Positions 18,500 through 29,435 of a stretch of 64,000 nucleotides of DNA are shown one piece after another. A program made the translations under genes and the position numbers. The notes under the pieces are model-generated. The model made no database searches. It was not told where the DNA came from and was given only the letters and a program-made list of their open reading frames with translations. The stretch is from an uncultured Nitrososphaerota archaeon. Its GTDB lineage: Archaea > Asgardarchaeota > Njordarchaeia > Njordarchaeales > Njordarchaeaceae. The stretch covers positions 12,350 to 76,349 of the forward strand of contig CAZFGR010000007.1 in assembly GCA_964518475.1 (NCBI GenBank), in the 5' to 3' direction. The first letter of the stretch is position 1, and each line of letters starts with the position of its first letter.

Positions 18500-19651
18500 T
18501 TAAAATTCAGTTGTGATTACCTTTTTTATGAAATCCTTTACAAGTACGACATCATTAATATACACAAATTCGTCTTTTCCATGGATATTATTATCGCTTC
18601 TTAATGCTCCAAACTGTATCACAGGCATCCTATTAATTAAATGAACTCCATCAGTACCTCCAAGCTCTACAACGATTCTTACTTCCTGACCCAGCAGCTC
18701 TTCAAGAATTTTCTTAAATTTCTCGATTATCTGTTTATCTTCCGTTACCCATCCGTTTATAAGTCCTCTAGCTTCTATTTCAACGCTAATTCCTGACTTC
18801 TTGGCGAAGTCTAATATCATATTCTTAAGCTCCTGTGCGACCTTCTCAGCGTCCTCTTCTGGGATTGTTCTTCTATCAATTATGATTTCACAATCGCTGG
18901 GAATAACGTTTGGAGCGATTCCTCCATGGATCATCGTCACACTTAGCCGGGCTGGTAATCTATCGTAGTATTCGGGAGCAGCGTATTGTGAACGTTTCTC
19001 TTTCTCAAGTCTCTTTGCATATTCCTCTAAGAAACTAATTAATTTAGCCGCATCGTATATTGGGTTCTTTCCACGGAAGGGATATGCTGAATGTGCCTGT
19101 TTTCCTTTCACTATTACTTTTACTCGCGCAGCTCCAGATGCGCCAATCGATAATCCCTCAGGTCCTACATCGAGAACCACAGCTATATCGCCAGAAATTT
19201 TGCGGAAGAATTCTACAGATTCGCCAGTTTCTTCTCCACCAGCTACTATTAGCTCTGGGATGATCTTAGGGATTAGATTCTCATCAAGTACTTCCTTTAA
19301 TGCTACTAAACCAGCAACAATACCTGATTTGTCGTCAGCAGCTCCTCTTCCATAAACTTTACCATCTTTCACAATAGGATTAAAGGGATCAAAACTCCAT
19401 CCATCACCGGGAGGAACAACATCGTAATGGGTCAGAAAAACTACACGCTTGCCATCTTGTGGCGTTTCTGGTAAAGTGATCTTTAGATGAGGAATACCTT
19501 TAGAGTCAATAATTCTCTCAACAACTAATCCGAATTCCCTAGCCCTCTTCTCTATCACATCAACCATTTTATGAAAATTCTTGTGCTCAGTCGAAGTAGT
19601 ATCTATAGCAACAAACTCCTTTAGTAATTCAATAATCAAGTCACGGCTCAT
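18500..19651 (-). CDS. M20 family metallopeptidase/deacylase (ArgE/DapE-like)
   Basis: HYDVVP, GRGAADDKSG, EETG, GKQAHSA, GGTDG and IHGKDE motifs. Confidence 0.9.
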   Translation of the reverse strand: MSRDLIIELLKEFVAIDTTSTEHKNFHKMVDVIEKRAREFGLVVERIIDSKGIPHLKITLPETPQDGKRVVFLTHYDVVPPGDGWSFDPFNPIVKDGKVYGRGAADDKSGIVAGLVALKEVLDENLIPKIIPELIVAGGEETGESVEFFRKISGDIAVVLDVGPEGLSIGASGAARVKVIVKGKQAHSAYPFRGKNPIYDAAKLISFLEEYAKRLEKEKRSQYAAPEYYDRLPARLSVTMIHGGIAPNVIPSDCEIIIDRRTIPEEDAEKVAQELKNMILDFAKKSGISVEIEARGLINGWVTEDKQIIEKFKKILEELLGQEVRIVVELGGTDGVHLINRMPVIQFGALRSDNNIHGKDEFVYINDVVLVKDFIKKVITTEF

Positions 19652-19664
19652 TATAAGCTCCCCT

Positions 19665-20666
19665 CTAACGAAGATCAATAGTATGTTCTATTTCAGGACC
19701 AGTACTGATAATCTTCACTGGAATACCAACTTTTCTTTCTATTTCTTCTATAAACTGAACAGCTCTATCGCTCAACTTATCAAAATCTTTGACACCAGCA
19801 GTTTCGGGGAATAAAATATCTAGTTTGGTCAAGGCAATCATTGTTGCACTATTGAGTTTCACAGCTCTTCTAGCCAAGTCAAAATTAAATGGAGCAGCCC
19901 TACGTTTTCTCCCAGTCACAGTCGCTACCTCTAACCAACCCCTACGAGCAGCCTCTTCTTCTGGTATTTCTCCGGGCAAAGGACCAGCTCCAACCCTAGT
20001 AACGTACGATTTAAAGACTATTATGACATCTTTAACATACTTAGGCCCTATCCCCACGTCAGCACAAATACCCGAAGCCGTTACATCATCGCTTGTAACA
20101 AATGGGTATGTGCCATGGTAAAGAGAGAGAAACGTCCCTTGAGTGCCTTCTATGATCACTAATTGTCCTTCATCTAAAGCGTTATGAAGCTCTCCGGGTA
20201 CATCAGTTAGAAAGTCCTTTAATTCTGGAATATCTCTTGCAACTTTTAACTTGCGTAATGCTCTATCAGCATTCGCTGGGCCGCAACCAGTCCCCGTCGT
20301 TCCTATACGCCCTTTTAAATCGGGTTTTTGATCACGCTCGATATGGTCTTTCTCGATAATACCACATTGATAATCAACACCGAGTCTTTTAGGATTAATC
20401 CCAGTTACTTCCAATTCGTTAAAGAGAATTTCAGGATTTACTAAAACACCAGGACCTATTAAGAGTCTGGCATTTTCATAAACGAAACCGCTTGGTATCT
20501 GCCTAAGCTTATATACTTTGCCCTTATAGGAGACTGTATGACCAGCATTAGGTCCAATACCACCTCTAGCAATTATAACTGGTCTATCTTGTAAGGCTAA
20601 ATAACCAACGATTTTTCCTTTACCTTCATCACCAAAAAATCCTCCAACAATTACGGTAGCTGACAA
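19665..20666 (-). CDS. purA: Adenylosuccinate synthetase (short archaeal type)
   Basis: GDEGKGK, NAGHT, EGTQG, TRVGAGP and TVTGRKRR motifs. TTG at 20666 after GGGGTGA. Confidence 0.95.
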   Translation of the reverse strand: MSATVIVGGFFGDEGKGKIVGYLALQDRPVIIARGGIGPNAGHTVSYKGKVYKLRQIPSGFVYENARLLIGPGVLVNPEILFNELEVTGINPKRLGVDYQCGIIEKDHIERDQKPDLKGRIGTTGTGCGPANADRALRKLKVARDIPELKDFLTDVPGELHNALDEGQLVIIEGTQGTFLSLYHGTYPFVTSDDVTASGICADVGIGPKYVKDVIIVFKSYVTRVGAGPLPGEIPEEEAARRGWLEVATVTGRKRRAAPFNFDLARRAVKLNSATMIALTKLDILFPETAGVKDFDKLSDRAVQFIEEIERKVGIPVKIISTGPEIEHTIDLR

Positions 20667-20831
20667 GAAATCACCCCTAAAAACAACAACCCAACTATCA
20701 CATTGTTCCTTACTTATAAGTATAACTTCCATTGATTATCCAAAAAAGTAATGATAAGTAATCTTTTTCTAAAGTTTTGTGAGCCTACTGATATTTTATT
20801 AAGGAATTCTTTAAGAGCCGCGTGATCGATA

Positions 20832-22736
20832 ATGGTAAAGAAGCTCAGAGATCTTGAACGAATATATCTTGAGGAAAGCGATTGGTTAGTCAGGGAAAAT
20901 GCTAACGTGAATAGATCATACAGTAGTTTCATAGGCTATATCCTTGATAGATATGTAGTGAATCCTCAAACTCTCTCTGAATACTTGCCCGAAGAGTTCG
21001 TTAAGAGACATTTTCAGGGCGATATCCATATCCATAAGTTACCGCACTCATTATTTATCCCCTATTGTGTTGGTTGGTCCTATTACAAACTTTTAAAACT
21101 CGGCTTGAAAACATCCACAATAAATACCAGACCCGCGAAGCATTTAGACACGGCAATCTCACATCTAGTCAGTTTCTTCTTCTTAGCTAGTCAGGAATGG
21201 ACTGGGGCTCAAGCAGTTTCGGCATTAGATTTGTTTCTTGCACCATTTGTAAAAATTGATAACCTTGATTTTGCTAGGATTAAGCAGTCTCTTCAAAGGT
21301 TGGTTTATGAGCTTAACTATCCCAGTAGGTTAGGGTTTCAGAGTCCCTTTACAAATGTCACCATAGTATTGGATACTGTTAAATCATTTTTAGAAGCAGA
21401 AGCTATTGTTAGTGGTAAGAAGGCAGGTGTATTAGGAGACTATATAGAGGAGGCACAAAAGGTAACGAAAGCGTTTCTAATGCAGTATTTGCAGGGAGAT
21501 GCGGACGGTAAACCCTTTACTTTCCCAATAGTCACCATAATGATTACTGAAAGATTCGATTGGAATGGGACGAAATGGGACGGATTAACAGATCTAATTT
21601 TTGAAGTTTTATCTAAGCGCGGAGCTCTATACATATTGAATGGTTATCAAGCGAATGTAGAGTCTCTATATGCCATGTGTTGTAGACTTACAATTGATTT
21701 CGAGAAACTTTTCGAAAAAGGAGATGTTTTCAGGGTTGAGAAATCTCACCTCGAAGACATTTTAAGTAAGCCCGTTAGGGTCAGAGGAGTCTGGGCCCTA
21801 CCCGATGCCACGGGTAGCATAGGAGTCATAACAATAAATCTTCCCCGTCTAGCGTTTTCTACTCAAGAGGAAGACTTATTTTTTGATAGGTTGCGAGAAT
21901 TAGTTCAAAAAGCGAGGGAATTATTAAGAATTCTTCGAGAGAGGTACAAATCTTCGCTTAAAAAAGGATTGATGCCTATTACGAGAACATATCTGGGTAG
22001 TCTTGTTAATCACTTTAATACCATTGGTGTTATAGGGTTACCCGAAGCAGTTGCTAATCTAATGAATAATCATGAATTATGGATAGAAAGCAGTAAACGA
22101 GAGCGAAAAGAAGCTATTTTTATGGAGAAGAAGATAGTACGAGAGATCAGAGAATTATGCGAAGAGTTTGAAAAAGAGGATGGAGTTCTGTACAATATAG
22201 AGGAAGTTCCCGGAGAGAGTGCTTCTTACAGACTCGCGTCAAAGGATTTTGAACTTGCGAAGAAGCTAGGACTTAAGCCTTACATACCCATGGTGAATGG
22301 GGTTCCATTTTACAGCAACAGTATTGTGCCTTACTACGCCGATATACCTCTTTCAGAACGTATTCTGCTGGAAAGCGAGGTTCAATGCGAATTCACAGGA
22401 GGCGTAATGATGCATATATTCCTAGCAGAGTCTCCTGATACTAAAGCTCTAAAGAGAATGATATACCACATAACCACTAAGACAAAAATAGTGTACTTTA
22501 GTATCACACCTACCATAACTACGTGCAATGAGTGCGGATGGACTGGAGTAGGAATAAATCAAAAGTGCCCGAAATGTAGTTCTGAACGCATAGACATATG
22601 GAGCAGGATCGTTGGATATTACAGACCAATTAGGAATTGGAATATTGGTAAGAGAAACGAGTTTTTGTCTAGAATTCATTACTACTTCTCTTCTTCAAAA
22701 ACAATGAAACCTAAGCACATCTTATCATTATCATAA
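20832..22736 (+). CDS. nrdD: Anaerobic (class III) ribonucleoside-triphosphate reductase
   Basis: IHIH, PFTFP, MCCRL, TINLPR, PGES, CxxC..CxxC and the glycyl-radical motif SRIVGYY. Confidence 0.93.
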   Translation: MVKKLRDLERIYLEESDWLVRENANVNRSYSSFIGYILDRYVVNPQTLSEYLPEEFVKRHFQGDIHIHKLPHSLFIPYCVGWSYYKLLKLGLKTSTINTRPAKHLDTAISHLVSFFFLASQEWTGAQAVSALDLFLAPFVKIDNLDFARIKQSLQRLVYELNYPSRLGFQSPFTNVTIVLDTVKSFLEAEAIVSGKKAGVLGDYIEEAQKVTKAFLMQYLQGDADGKPFTFPIVTIMITERFDWNGTKWDGLTDLIFEVLSKRGALYILNGYQANVESLYAMCCRLTIDFEKLFEKGDVFRVEKSHLEDILSKPVRVRGVWALPDATGSIGVITINLPRLAFSTQEEDLFFDRLRELVQKARELLRILRERYKSSLKKGLMPITRTYLGSLVNHFNTIGVIGLPEAVANLMNNHELWIESSKRERKEAIFMEKKIVREIRELCEEFEKEDGVLYNIEEVPGESASYRLASKDFELAKKLGLKPYIPMVNGVPFYSNSIVPYYADIPLSERILLESEVQCEFTGGVMMHIFLAESPDTKALKRMIYHITTKTKIVYFSITPTITTCNECGWTGVGINQKCPKCSSERIDIWSRIVGYYRPIRNWNIGKRNEFLSRIHYYFSSSKTMKPKHILSLS

Positions 22737-22824
22737 GCTAGTATTAAGCATTATCAAAAAGCAGAATAATTTTTAATAGCTTTTTGTATCATGTTTTCAT
22801 GGTTTTCAATTTCAGAACTCTTGG

Positions 22825-23184
22825 ATGATAGCTATGAAGCCAGAGGAAAGAAAGCGACTAATCTTAGAGAAGCTTGAGGAACTAAGTAAGCAAGCTAAAG
22901 TAGGGGGATACGTAATAGTTACCGAAAAGAACACAAATAAGTATATTCAAATATCGATGATTACTGGAGAAGAGAAAGTTCTTCTAGAAGTCCCAGAAGC
23001 ACAGCTTTCTAAGGATGAAGTAGCGAAAATAAGTAATATTTTAAGAGAAGTACCATGTGAAGAGGAATATATCGGTTTGCAAATGAAAGTAGATAAGGAA
23101 GCAGCTGTAGAATTGATTGAGAGAATATTTAGGGAAGGTCTAGGGCTTCCCGAAGACTACGAAATAACTGTGGAGATATCATAA
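22825..23184 (+). CDS. Hypothetical protein
   Basis: Uninterrupted 119-aa ORF with typical composition. Confidence 0.6.
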   Translation: MIAMKPEERKRLILEKLEELSKQAKVGGYVIVTEKNTNKYIQISMITGEEKVLLEVPEAQLSKDEVAKISNILREVPCEEEYIGLQMKVDKEAAVELIERIFREGLGLPEDYEITVEIS

Positions 23185-23280
23185 AAAACTCCTAAAGTTT
23201 TCCCTCATCTAAGACTTATCAGCACCTGAAGTTATAGATCTCGATTGATAATCTTAACGATAGTCGCTGGGGCTATTTCT

Positions 23281-23661
23281 ATGCCGGGCGATTCCATAGA
23301 AACCGGTTTTGGATGGATAAGAATTAAAGAAACAAAATTCTCACATGATGTAGTAATAGATCCGGAAGGACGTGTTTATCGAAGACCTAAGGAGTTATCG
23401 GCATCAAAAAAGAGCATCTATGGACACACACCACTTACGCGCGAAGAAGTATTGAAAATCTTAGAAATCGTGGGGGATATTGACCTATTAGTGATAGGTA
23501 CTGGGCAATATGGTAAATTACCGATAGAGAAAGAAGCTCTAGAAGAACTTCGTAAAAGAGGTGTAAAAGTAATCACTTCCGAGACACCAAAAGCTATTTC
23601 TAGATACTTAGAGGTAAAAGACAAATATAAAGTAGCATCTCTTTTTCATGTCACCTGTTGA
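23281..23661 (+). CDS. Mth938-like (DUF498/AAMDC) protein
   Basis: FGWIRI, LLVIGTGQYG, TPKAI and C-terminal FHVTC. Confidence 0.85.
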   Translation: MPGDSIETGFGWIRIKETKFSHDVVIDPEGRVYRRPKELSASKKSIYGHTPLTREEVLKILEIVGDIDLLVIGTGQYGKLPIEKEALEELRKRGVKVITSETPKAISRYLEVKDKYKVASLFHVTC

Positions 23662-23672
23662 GGTGAAAAAGA

Positions 23673-24365
23673 ATGTACACAAGTTCCTTATTTTCGCTTC
23701 CCACGACGCGAGATATTCTAATAATTGTAGTAGCGTTTCTTTATACTGGGCTAGCAATAGTGCTCATAAAGGAAATATTTAAAGGGTCATACATTTCCAA
23801 GAGACGAATGACTCACATATCAATGGGTGTATGGCCGGTCTTCTGGCTCTTTTTTGAGACATGGTTAGCCGCTGTTCTAGTACCATTAATAGTTACATTA
23901 CTACTGGCGTTTGCTCCTGAGAAATTTCGGCAACTATTTTCACGTGGAGACGAAAAGCACATAGGGTTGGTTATTTACGCTCTATCATTCACTGTTTTAA
24001 CAGCATTATTCTATGCACCAAAGGGAGGTCAACCAATTTTAGGTGCACCAGCGATTGGAGCTGCTGGCGTCTTCTGTTTAGCTTTTGGAGATGGCATCGG
24101 AGGTTGGATTGGACGAATGTATGGCCGCCACAGATATAAGGTTCCGTGGGCCAAAGAAAAGTCCGTAGAAGGTAGTCTTGGAGTTTTTCTAACGTCGCTT
24201 ATCTTTATCTATATAGCTTCTATGATGTTTCCTCCCGTATTTAGTCCGGTAAAGATAATTATTGGTGCTTTAGTGGCAACGATATTAGAGGGTTTCTCAC
24301 CCGCGCATTCTGATAATCTATTCGTTCCTCTGGGAGTAGCGTTTGCGTTACTCCTTCTCCCCTAA
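23673..24365 (+). CDS. Phytol/dolichol kinase-like (CTP-transferase family) membrane protein
   Basis: RRMTHI, FGDG..G.IG..YG, KSVEGS and DNLFVP motifs. Confidence 0.85.
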   Translation: MYTSSLFSLPTTRDILIIVVAFLYTGLAIVLIKEIFKGSYISKRRMTHISMGVWPVFWLFFETWLAAVLVPLIVTLLLAFAPEKFRQLFSRGDEKHIGLVIYALSFTVLTALFYAPKGGQPILGAPAIGAAGVFCLAFGDGIGGWIGRMYGRHRYKVPWAKEKSVEGSLGVFLTSLIFIYIASMMFPPVFSPVKIIIGALVATILEGFSPAHSDNLFVPLGVAFALLLLP

Positions 24366-24388
24366 CACTGTTTTCTTCTTTATGATTT

Positions 24389-25153
24389 TTATGTTAAATC
24401 ACCGCATTCGCATAAAGTATCATGAATAATGGAGTATAAGTCATCAATGTTTCTCTTTTGTAAGGCGGAGATTGCGATGAGTCGAGTAGGTGGTAAGAAA
24501 TCACGTAATATCTTTAATAATTGTTCTGATAATTCCGCAAAGACGCCTGTATCTCGCGTGGAAAGATGCTTATGAAAAGCTTCGGGGTCGTTTAAGAATT
24601 GATCAAACATCTGTACTGTCTTTTTCTCCGCTATATCTATTTTATTTAACACGAATGCGAGCTCTATATCCAAATGGAATTTAACGGCGAGAGCTAGTAA
24701 CATATTCATGACCACGTCTGAGGGTTTCTTAATGGAGGATCCATCAACTATAAAGATACCTACAGTACCTCTTCCCCGAATAAAACTCATAACCTTGCTC
24801 CCAATTTCTTTCAATGCAAATAATTCTAATTGACCCGGCGTATCTATTAAGACATAGGAAGCTACCAGAGCCAATCTGTGGATATTTTGAATAATTTGAT
24901 GAATATTTTCAAGCATTATTTCGTGAGCTCTTAAAAGCCCACCATTCGGTCCTAGTCTTTCCCTAATCATTAACTCACGCAAATCTACTAGCTCCCTAAT
25001 GTCATAATCTGCTTTATAGGGAAGATAGATTACTCCAGGGTCTAAATTAACTATCGCAACTTTTTCACTAGTCTCCCGAAGATACTCCGCTAAAGCTTTT
25101 GTTACTGTCGTCTTTCCAGAACCAGCAGGGCCTATTAAAAAGACAAAGCTCAT
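24389..25153 (-). CDS. GPN-loop GTPase
   Basis: GPAGSGKT, NLDPG, LGPNGG, DTPGQ, NKID and ISA motifs. Confidence 0.92.
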   Translation of the reverse strand: MSFVFLIGPAGSGKTTVTKALAEYLRETSEKVAIVNLDPGVIYLPYKADYDIRELVDLRELMIRERLGPNGGLLRAHEIMLENIHQIIQNIHRLALVASYVLIDTPGQLELFALKEIGSKVMSFIRGRGTVGIFIVDGSSIKKPSDVVMNMLLALAVKFHLDIELAFVLNKIDIAEKKTVQMFDQFLNDPEAFHKHLSTRDTGVFAELSEQLLKILRDFLPPTRLIAISALQKRNIDDLYSIIHDTLCECGDLT

Positions 25154-25245
25154 TTTTATCACCAGATGACATATTTAATATGAATAATCATTTATTTAAG
25201 ATGATTATTGGTGTTTCTCCCCGGCCCAAGAATCAGGTGTTAGTG

Positions 25246-28170
25246 ATGAACAGAGATTTATCAGAAATCCTTTCAAGAGTACTTGAATCGAAGAATATTT
25301 GTGAAGAGATAGGATCTTTCTCAGTACTAAAGGAGTATGAGAGAGTATTTAACCCTGTACGTTATATAGCCGAGAATTTATGCGTTAAAGGTATTGCTAA
25401 CATAAAAGCACCTATAAGGACTCTTAAAAGAGCTTTGGGAACAAAGTCAATAGAGATTATTATAAAGATTCTCAAAAGATTACAAGACCTTGTAGGAAGT
25501 ATCGAAATTCTCGAAATAGATAAAGAAGCTTTTTTCCAAGGTGGAGAGGCGGTAAAAAGTTACAGCATTGAGAAATTTAGAGAACTTGGGGCTCGTTTAG
25601 AAGAAAACAAACTTTTAGTGGCGATATCTGAAAAATTTAAGAAAAATTTCATTGTTCTTCCGAAAATTTTCGAAAAGATATTCGATCAGGATCCTTGGGG
25701 GTTACTAGCTACCCTAGCTATTGACGTTAGAAGAGTTTTCTGGAACCGTGTGGAGCACCACATTATTAAAGAACTAGACCTTAGACCGCCTCTAGAAACC
25801 TTCATTTTGCTCTTTCATGCTAGTAAAGAGCATCACGACTTGGTAAAAGGTTTATTATTGCTGGAAGAGATGTCTCGTAAACTCGGATTAGCTATTAGGA
25901 ACTGGGATCGTAGTATTATTGCTTTGAAAAAAATAAAGCAATTTATAGAAATGGTATCAAATGTTGATGAACCATTGAAACTGCTGATTTATGCACTTAA
26001 TCTATTGATTGATGGGGGGATATCACTTAAAGACTTCTTTTCCCTCTTAATAGGCTTCTTGAAAATGGATATTAATTGGAAAGAGAGAGTTCTTACCTCA
26101 TACAGCTGTGTACCATCAGAGAACCTGCTGAAGAGCTTAAAGGATATGATATGGGATGAAGCACTGATTGATAGGGTTTGTAGAAATATAATGAATGCTG
26201 AGAAGAAATGGGCGCCAGAGATCACAATAAATGATTTGTTCGGGATTTCATGGCTATCCACTATAAGAAAAGACTTCTTATTAAAATGGTTAAGTGAGCA
26301 ATTAGAAAAAGCTAATAGAACTATTAGATTATCAGAAGTCATAATCCCAGAGGAAATCATGAATATTTTAAGACTAGCACTCGTATTATCGATGACAGAT
26401 ACTAAATGCAACAGGAACACTTGTCTCTTAGTAGCTCGCTCTTTACTAGCATTAAGATGGAGGCTCCAAAATTATCCCATATCTCTCATATCCCTAGTAG
26501 TCTCTTCACTAAAAGAGTTGGAGGAAAAAAAGTTAGCAATAGGTGTATATCTCGAGAGAATACTTGAAATACATGGGCCAGAAGCATATCTATATGTTCT
26601 AGACAAATTATTCTCAGATGAGAAGAAGAAACTAATAGTTGCTCTCAACATAATGTTTTCTTCCCGAATAGGTATAGTGGCACGGAAAATTATTTCAAAA
26701 GCCATGACTAAGCCAGAGCTGCTAAAAGATGTAAACGATATTTTGCAGGAAACAGCTTTTACTCCTCACGGAATAACTATTCCTATGGTCTGGGAGCTTA
26801 ATCTCCCATTCTCTCCGAGACTGCTTGAAATAACGGAAAATGCTATTCGTTACTTCTCTGAAGTCGAAGAACAACCCCCCAGACTATTAATCTTGTTCAG
26901 GGAATGTTTAGAAGCATTCAATGAAGTCAGAAAAGTCAAATCCATCCTCAAGGGAGAGAATATCATCAAATACATCAATAATTGTCCCAAAATCCTAACT
27001 GGGAGAACAGCTTTACAAACATTAATACGGGAGCTTAGAAGGATTTTCGGTAATTCTGAAGCTCGACTTATCAGACTGATGATACACGAGCTAAACAGTA
27101 TTTATGAGACGTTCTCAGAAAAGTGGGAGCGGATATTTCTTATGAATTATCCAGAAATAATTAATGAGACTAGTAAATTGCCGAGTATTTGGCGTTTACC
27201 TAAGATTATCAAAGAGTATTTAAGGCTAGCTCCCGTGATTTTATTGGTGATAGATGGATTGAGATACGATGACTACATAATCAAGCTTCGTCCCGCACTC
27301 ATGGATCGTGGACTTGTGCCAATGAGAGAGGAAGCAATGTTATCTTTACTACCCTCGGTGACTACGGTTTCTAGAAGGGCTATCTTTGGAGGGTTAATTG
27401 CGACGAGGTATTTTAGTCAGTTCAGCAACGTTATTAATCTAAAAATATTGCGTGAGGACGAACTTTTGAAAATGGTTATTACGAGTGACTCAGTATATCT
27501 CCACGGAGCAATAGCCAGAATTCTAAAGAAGATTAAGGAACTCGTCAAAGAAGGGAGAAAAACAAGCTTAATGGCAATAGTGATAAGCGAGCTAGAAAAA
27601 GCAGCCCATGGTGCTGCTGAGGGCTTCTTAGCTCATTTAACCACAGATTACGTCAATGAAATCCTAAGAGTAATTCGCGCAGCAGCTCAAGCAATACATA
27701 GTACAACAGGCAATATGCCATACTTAATTTTAACAGCTGATCATGGCTTAGAGCTCTTTACAAAAGCTACCGAAATAGATACCCAGGAGATTATTAAAAA
27801 ACTCCAGAAAACGAGAATGCTAGATCCTGCGCATGAACCATTGCTATCAGAGAGATTCTCAATCTTTGCATTTCTCAACGATAAAGCGGCGAAGGAGGCT
27901 AAGGAAATGATTCTCTTACAGTATGGGGATAAATTATTTGCAGTTACTGGAAAAGAGCTGGGATACGAAAAAGTAGCCTTAAAGTTGAGAGATCAAGATT
28001 TAGCAGACGCAGTTCCTAGCCAAAACACACTATTCATATTCCCGCGTAAGAAAACAAAATTCGTCTGGGAGAGAAGAAAGATCACCAGAATAGTTCTCCA
28101 TGGTGGACTTTCGCCAATAGAGACGATTGTCCCCTTTGCCGTCTTTAGATTTAAGGAAGTTCCTCCCTAA
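25246..28170 (+). CDS. Large helical protein with C-terminal PglZ (alkaline-phosphatase superfamily) domain
   Basis: VIDGLRYD, LLPSVTTVSRRAIFGG, LILTADHG and HGGLSPIETIVP motifs. Likely start is the ATG at 25246. Confidence 0.8.
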   Translation: MNRDLSEILSRVLESKNICEEIGSFSVLKEYERVFNPVRYIAENLCVKGIANIKAPIRTLKRALGTKSIEIIIKILKRLQDLVGSIEILEIDKEAFFQGGEAVKSYSIEKFRELGARLEENKLLVAISEKFKKNFIVLPKIFEKIFDQDPWGLLATLAIDVRRVFWNRVEHHIIKELDLRPPLETFILLFHASKEHHDLVKGLLLLEEMSRKLGLAIRNWDRSIIALKKIKQFIEMVSNVDEPLKLLIYALNLLIDGGISLKDFFSLLIGFLKMDINWKERVLTSYSCVPSENLLKSLKDMIWDEALIDRVCRNIMNAEKKWAPEITINDLFGISWLSTIRKDFLLKWLSEQLEKANRTIRLSEVIIPEEIMNILRLALVLSMTDTKCNRNTCLLVARSLLALRWRLQNYPISLISLVVSSLKELEEKKLAIGVYLERILEIHGPEAYLYVLDKLFSDEKKKLIVALNIMFSSRIGIVARKIISKAMTKPELLKDVNDILQETAFTPHGITIPMVWELNLPFSPRLLEITENAIRYFSEVEEQPPRLLILFRECLEAFNEVRKVKSILKGENIIKYINNCPKILTGRTALQTLIRELRRIFGNSEARLIRLMIHELNSIYETFSEKWERIFLMNYPEIINETSKLPSIWRLPKIIKEYLRLAPVILLVIDGLRYDDYIIKLRPALMDRGLVPMREEAMLSLLPSVTTVSRRAIFGGLIATRYFSQFSNVINLKILREDELLKMVITSDSVYLHGAIARILKKIKELVKEGRKTSLMAIVISELEKAAHGAAEGFLAHLTTDYVNEILRVIRAAAQAIHSTTGNMPYLILTADHGLELFTKATEIDTQEIIKKLQKTRMLDPAHEPLLSERFSIFAFLNDKAAKEAKEMILLQYGDKLFAVTGKELGYEKVALKLRDQDLADAVPSQNTLFIFPRKKTKFVWERRKITRIVLHGGLSPIETIVPFAVFRFKEVPP

Positions 28171-28495
28171 TTTGTTTTTTGATATAATCCCTAATTGTAC
28201 TTCTTAGGTTATGGTCTATTTCGCGAATAATTCTCTCTCCCAACTCTGTTAGGCGAAGAATCCACTTCTTTACGCGCCCCCACGTTAGTATCTCCCTCTC
28301 AATGAGCCCTGCTTTTTCAAGGCCTAAAATCGTCTTTTTGACACTTCTATACTTAGAATAACCAGTAACTTCTATTAAAATATCAGTAAGTTTTGCTTCT
28401 CTCTTATACAGGAGATAGAGCAGGATCTGAATAGCAAAAGGATTATTCAGCGCGTTCAGAATTATCCTGACTATTTCAGCCTCCAAATCGATCAC
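28151..28495 (-). CDS. Winged-helix transcriptional regulator
   Basis: QILLYL..EAKLTDI..LEKAGLIER..LRLTELGE. Confidence 0.8.
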   Translation of the reverse strand: MIDLEAEIVRIILNALNNPFAIQILLYLLYKREAKLTDILIEVTGYSKYRSVKKTILGLEKAGLIEREILTWGRVKKWILRLTELGERIIREIDHNLRSTIRDYIKKQIREELP

Positions 28496-28592
28496 TCAGT
28501 ACAATTTCTCTCTATGCTAAAGAACGTAATGCTCTGCAACATCTAAGGTGTATAAAATAATTTCCAATTGATTGAGAAAATGAAGTAATGCA

Positions 28593-29426
28593 TTAAAAAG
28601 TTTTGCTAATAAACCCTACGCACACGATTTCTAGGATCAAGATAATCAATAATACAGTTGAAGATTTCAAAGAATATTGCGTCTTGGACAAATAGAGCTT
28701 TTTTCTAAAGCTTCTAGTTTCCAATGAAATTGCTAGAAACTTTGCTCTCTGTATATTCTCTCTGACAAGATTGTACATCACTAACTGACTAATTAGGATA
28801 AATTTCCCAAAACTTAACTGTTCATGCTTCATTTTGAGAGTATTGAGAAGACGCCAAAATTCCTCCAACGTAATGGGGAGAAATCGAAGAGCATATATCA
28901 GAAGCAGAATCATCTTATTCGGAACCCTCACTTTGTGTAGAAGAGAGTAAATTTCGCTGGTTCTTGTATTAATGATGAAAAGCTGGGCTAGAATAATGGT
29001 ATTAAGAATCTTTAACCCAACAATTATTCCGTATATAAAACCTTCTAGAGTTACAGCAATGCCTTTTCCGAGCGTTAAATACGCTATGAGAGGAGTGCTG
29101 GGGCGAAGAATAATAAACAATACTGTGGTTTTTTGGTCAGTGTAGTACCCATAGTAAAAAATTGATTGGCTAACAACGCTGCTAAGCAAGATTAAGCAGA
29201 ATAGTTTCAATAAATAGCGTTTTGCGCCGTAGTTTTCTTTCTTTAGTACAGAGAAGAAGAGAACCAGAAAAATTATTGTGAGCATTATTAAGGCTAAAAC
29301 GTTCCACGAGAAGAATAATATAAGAAAGCTCAAAAAGACCCAGAGTATTCTAATGCTGATATGGGCTGTGTTTAGGATATTTCTCTCTTCGCAATAAGTT
29401 AATTTTCCTAGGAGCATACTTGACAC
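28593..29426 (-). CDS. ECF transporter T component
   Basis: Multi-TM protein with ALRFLP and SLETRSF motifs. Confidence 0.85.
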   Translation of the reverse strand: MSSMLLGKLTYCEERNILNTAHISIRILWVFLSFLILFFSWNVLALIMLTIIFLVLFFSVLKKENYGAKRYLLKLFCLILLSSVVSQSIFYYGYYTDQKTTVLFIILRPSTPLIAYLTLGKGIAVTLEGFIYGIIVGLKILNTIILAQLFIINTRTSEIYSLLHKVRVPNKMILLLIYALRFLPITLEEFWRLLNTLKMKHEQLSFGKFILISQLVMYNLVRENIQRAKFLAISLETRSFRKKLYLSKTQYSLKSSTVLLIILILEIVCVGFISKTF

Positions 29427-29435
29427 GCAAAATCA

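Noticed and set aside
25099-28495. Complete BREX defence island
   Set aside because: No brxA/B/C, pglX or brxL in the window, and the flanks are housekeeping genes.
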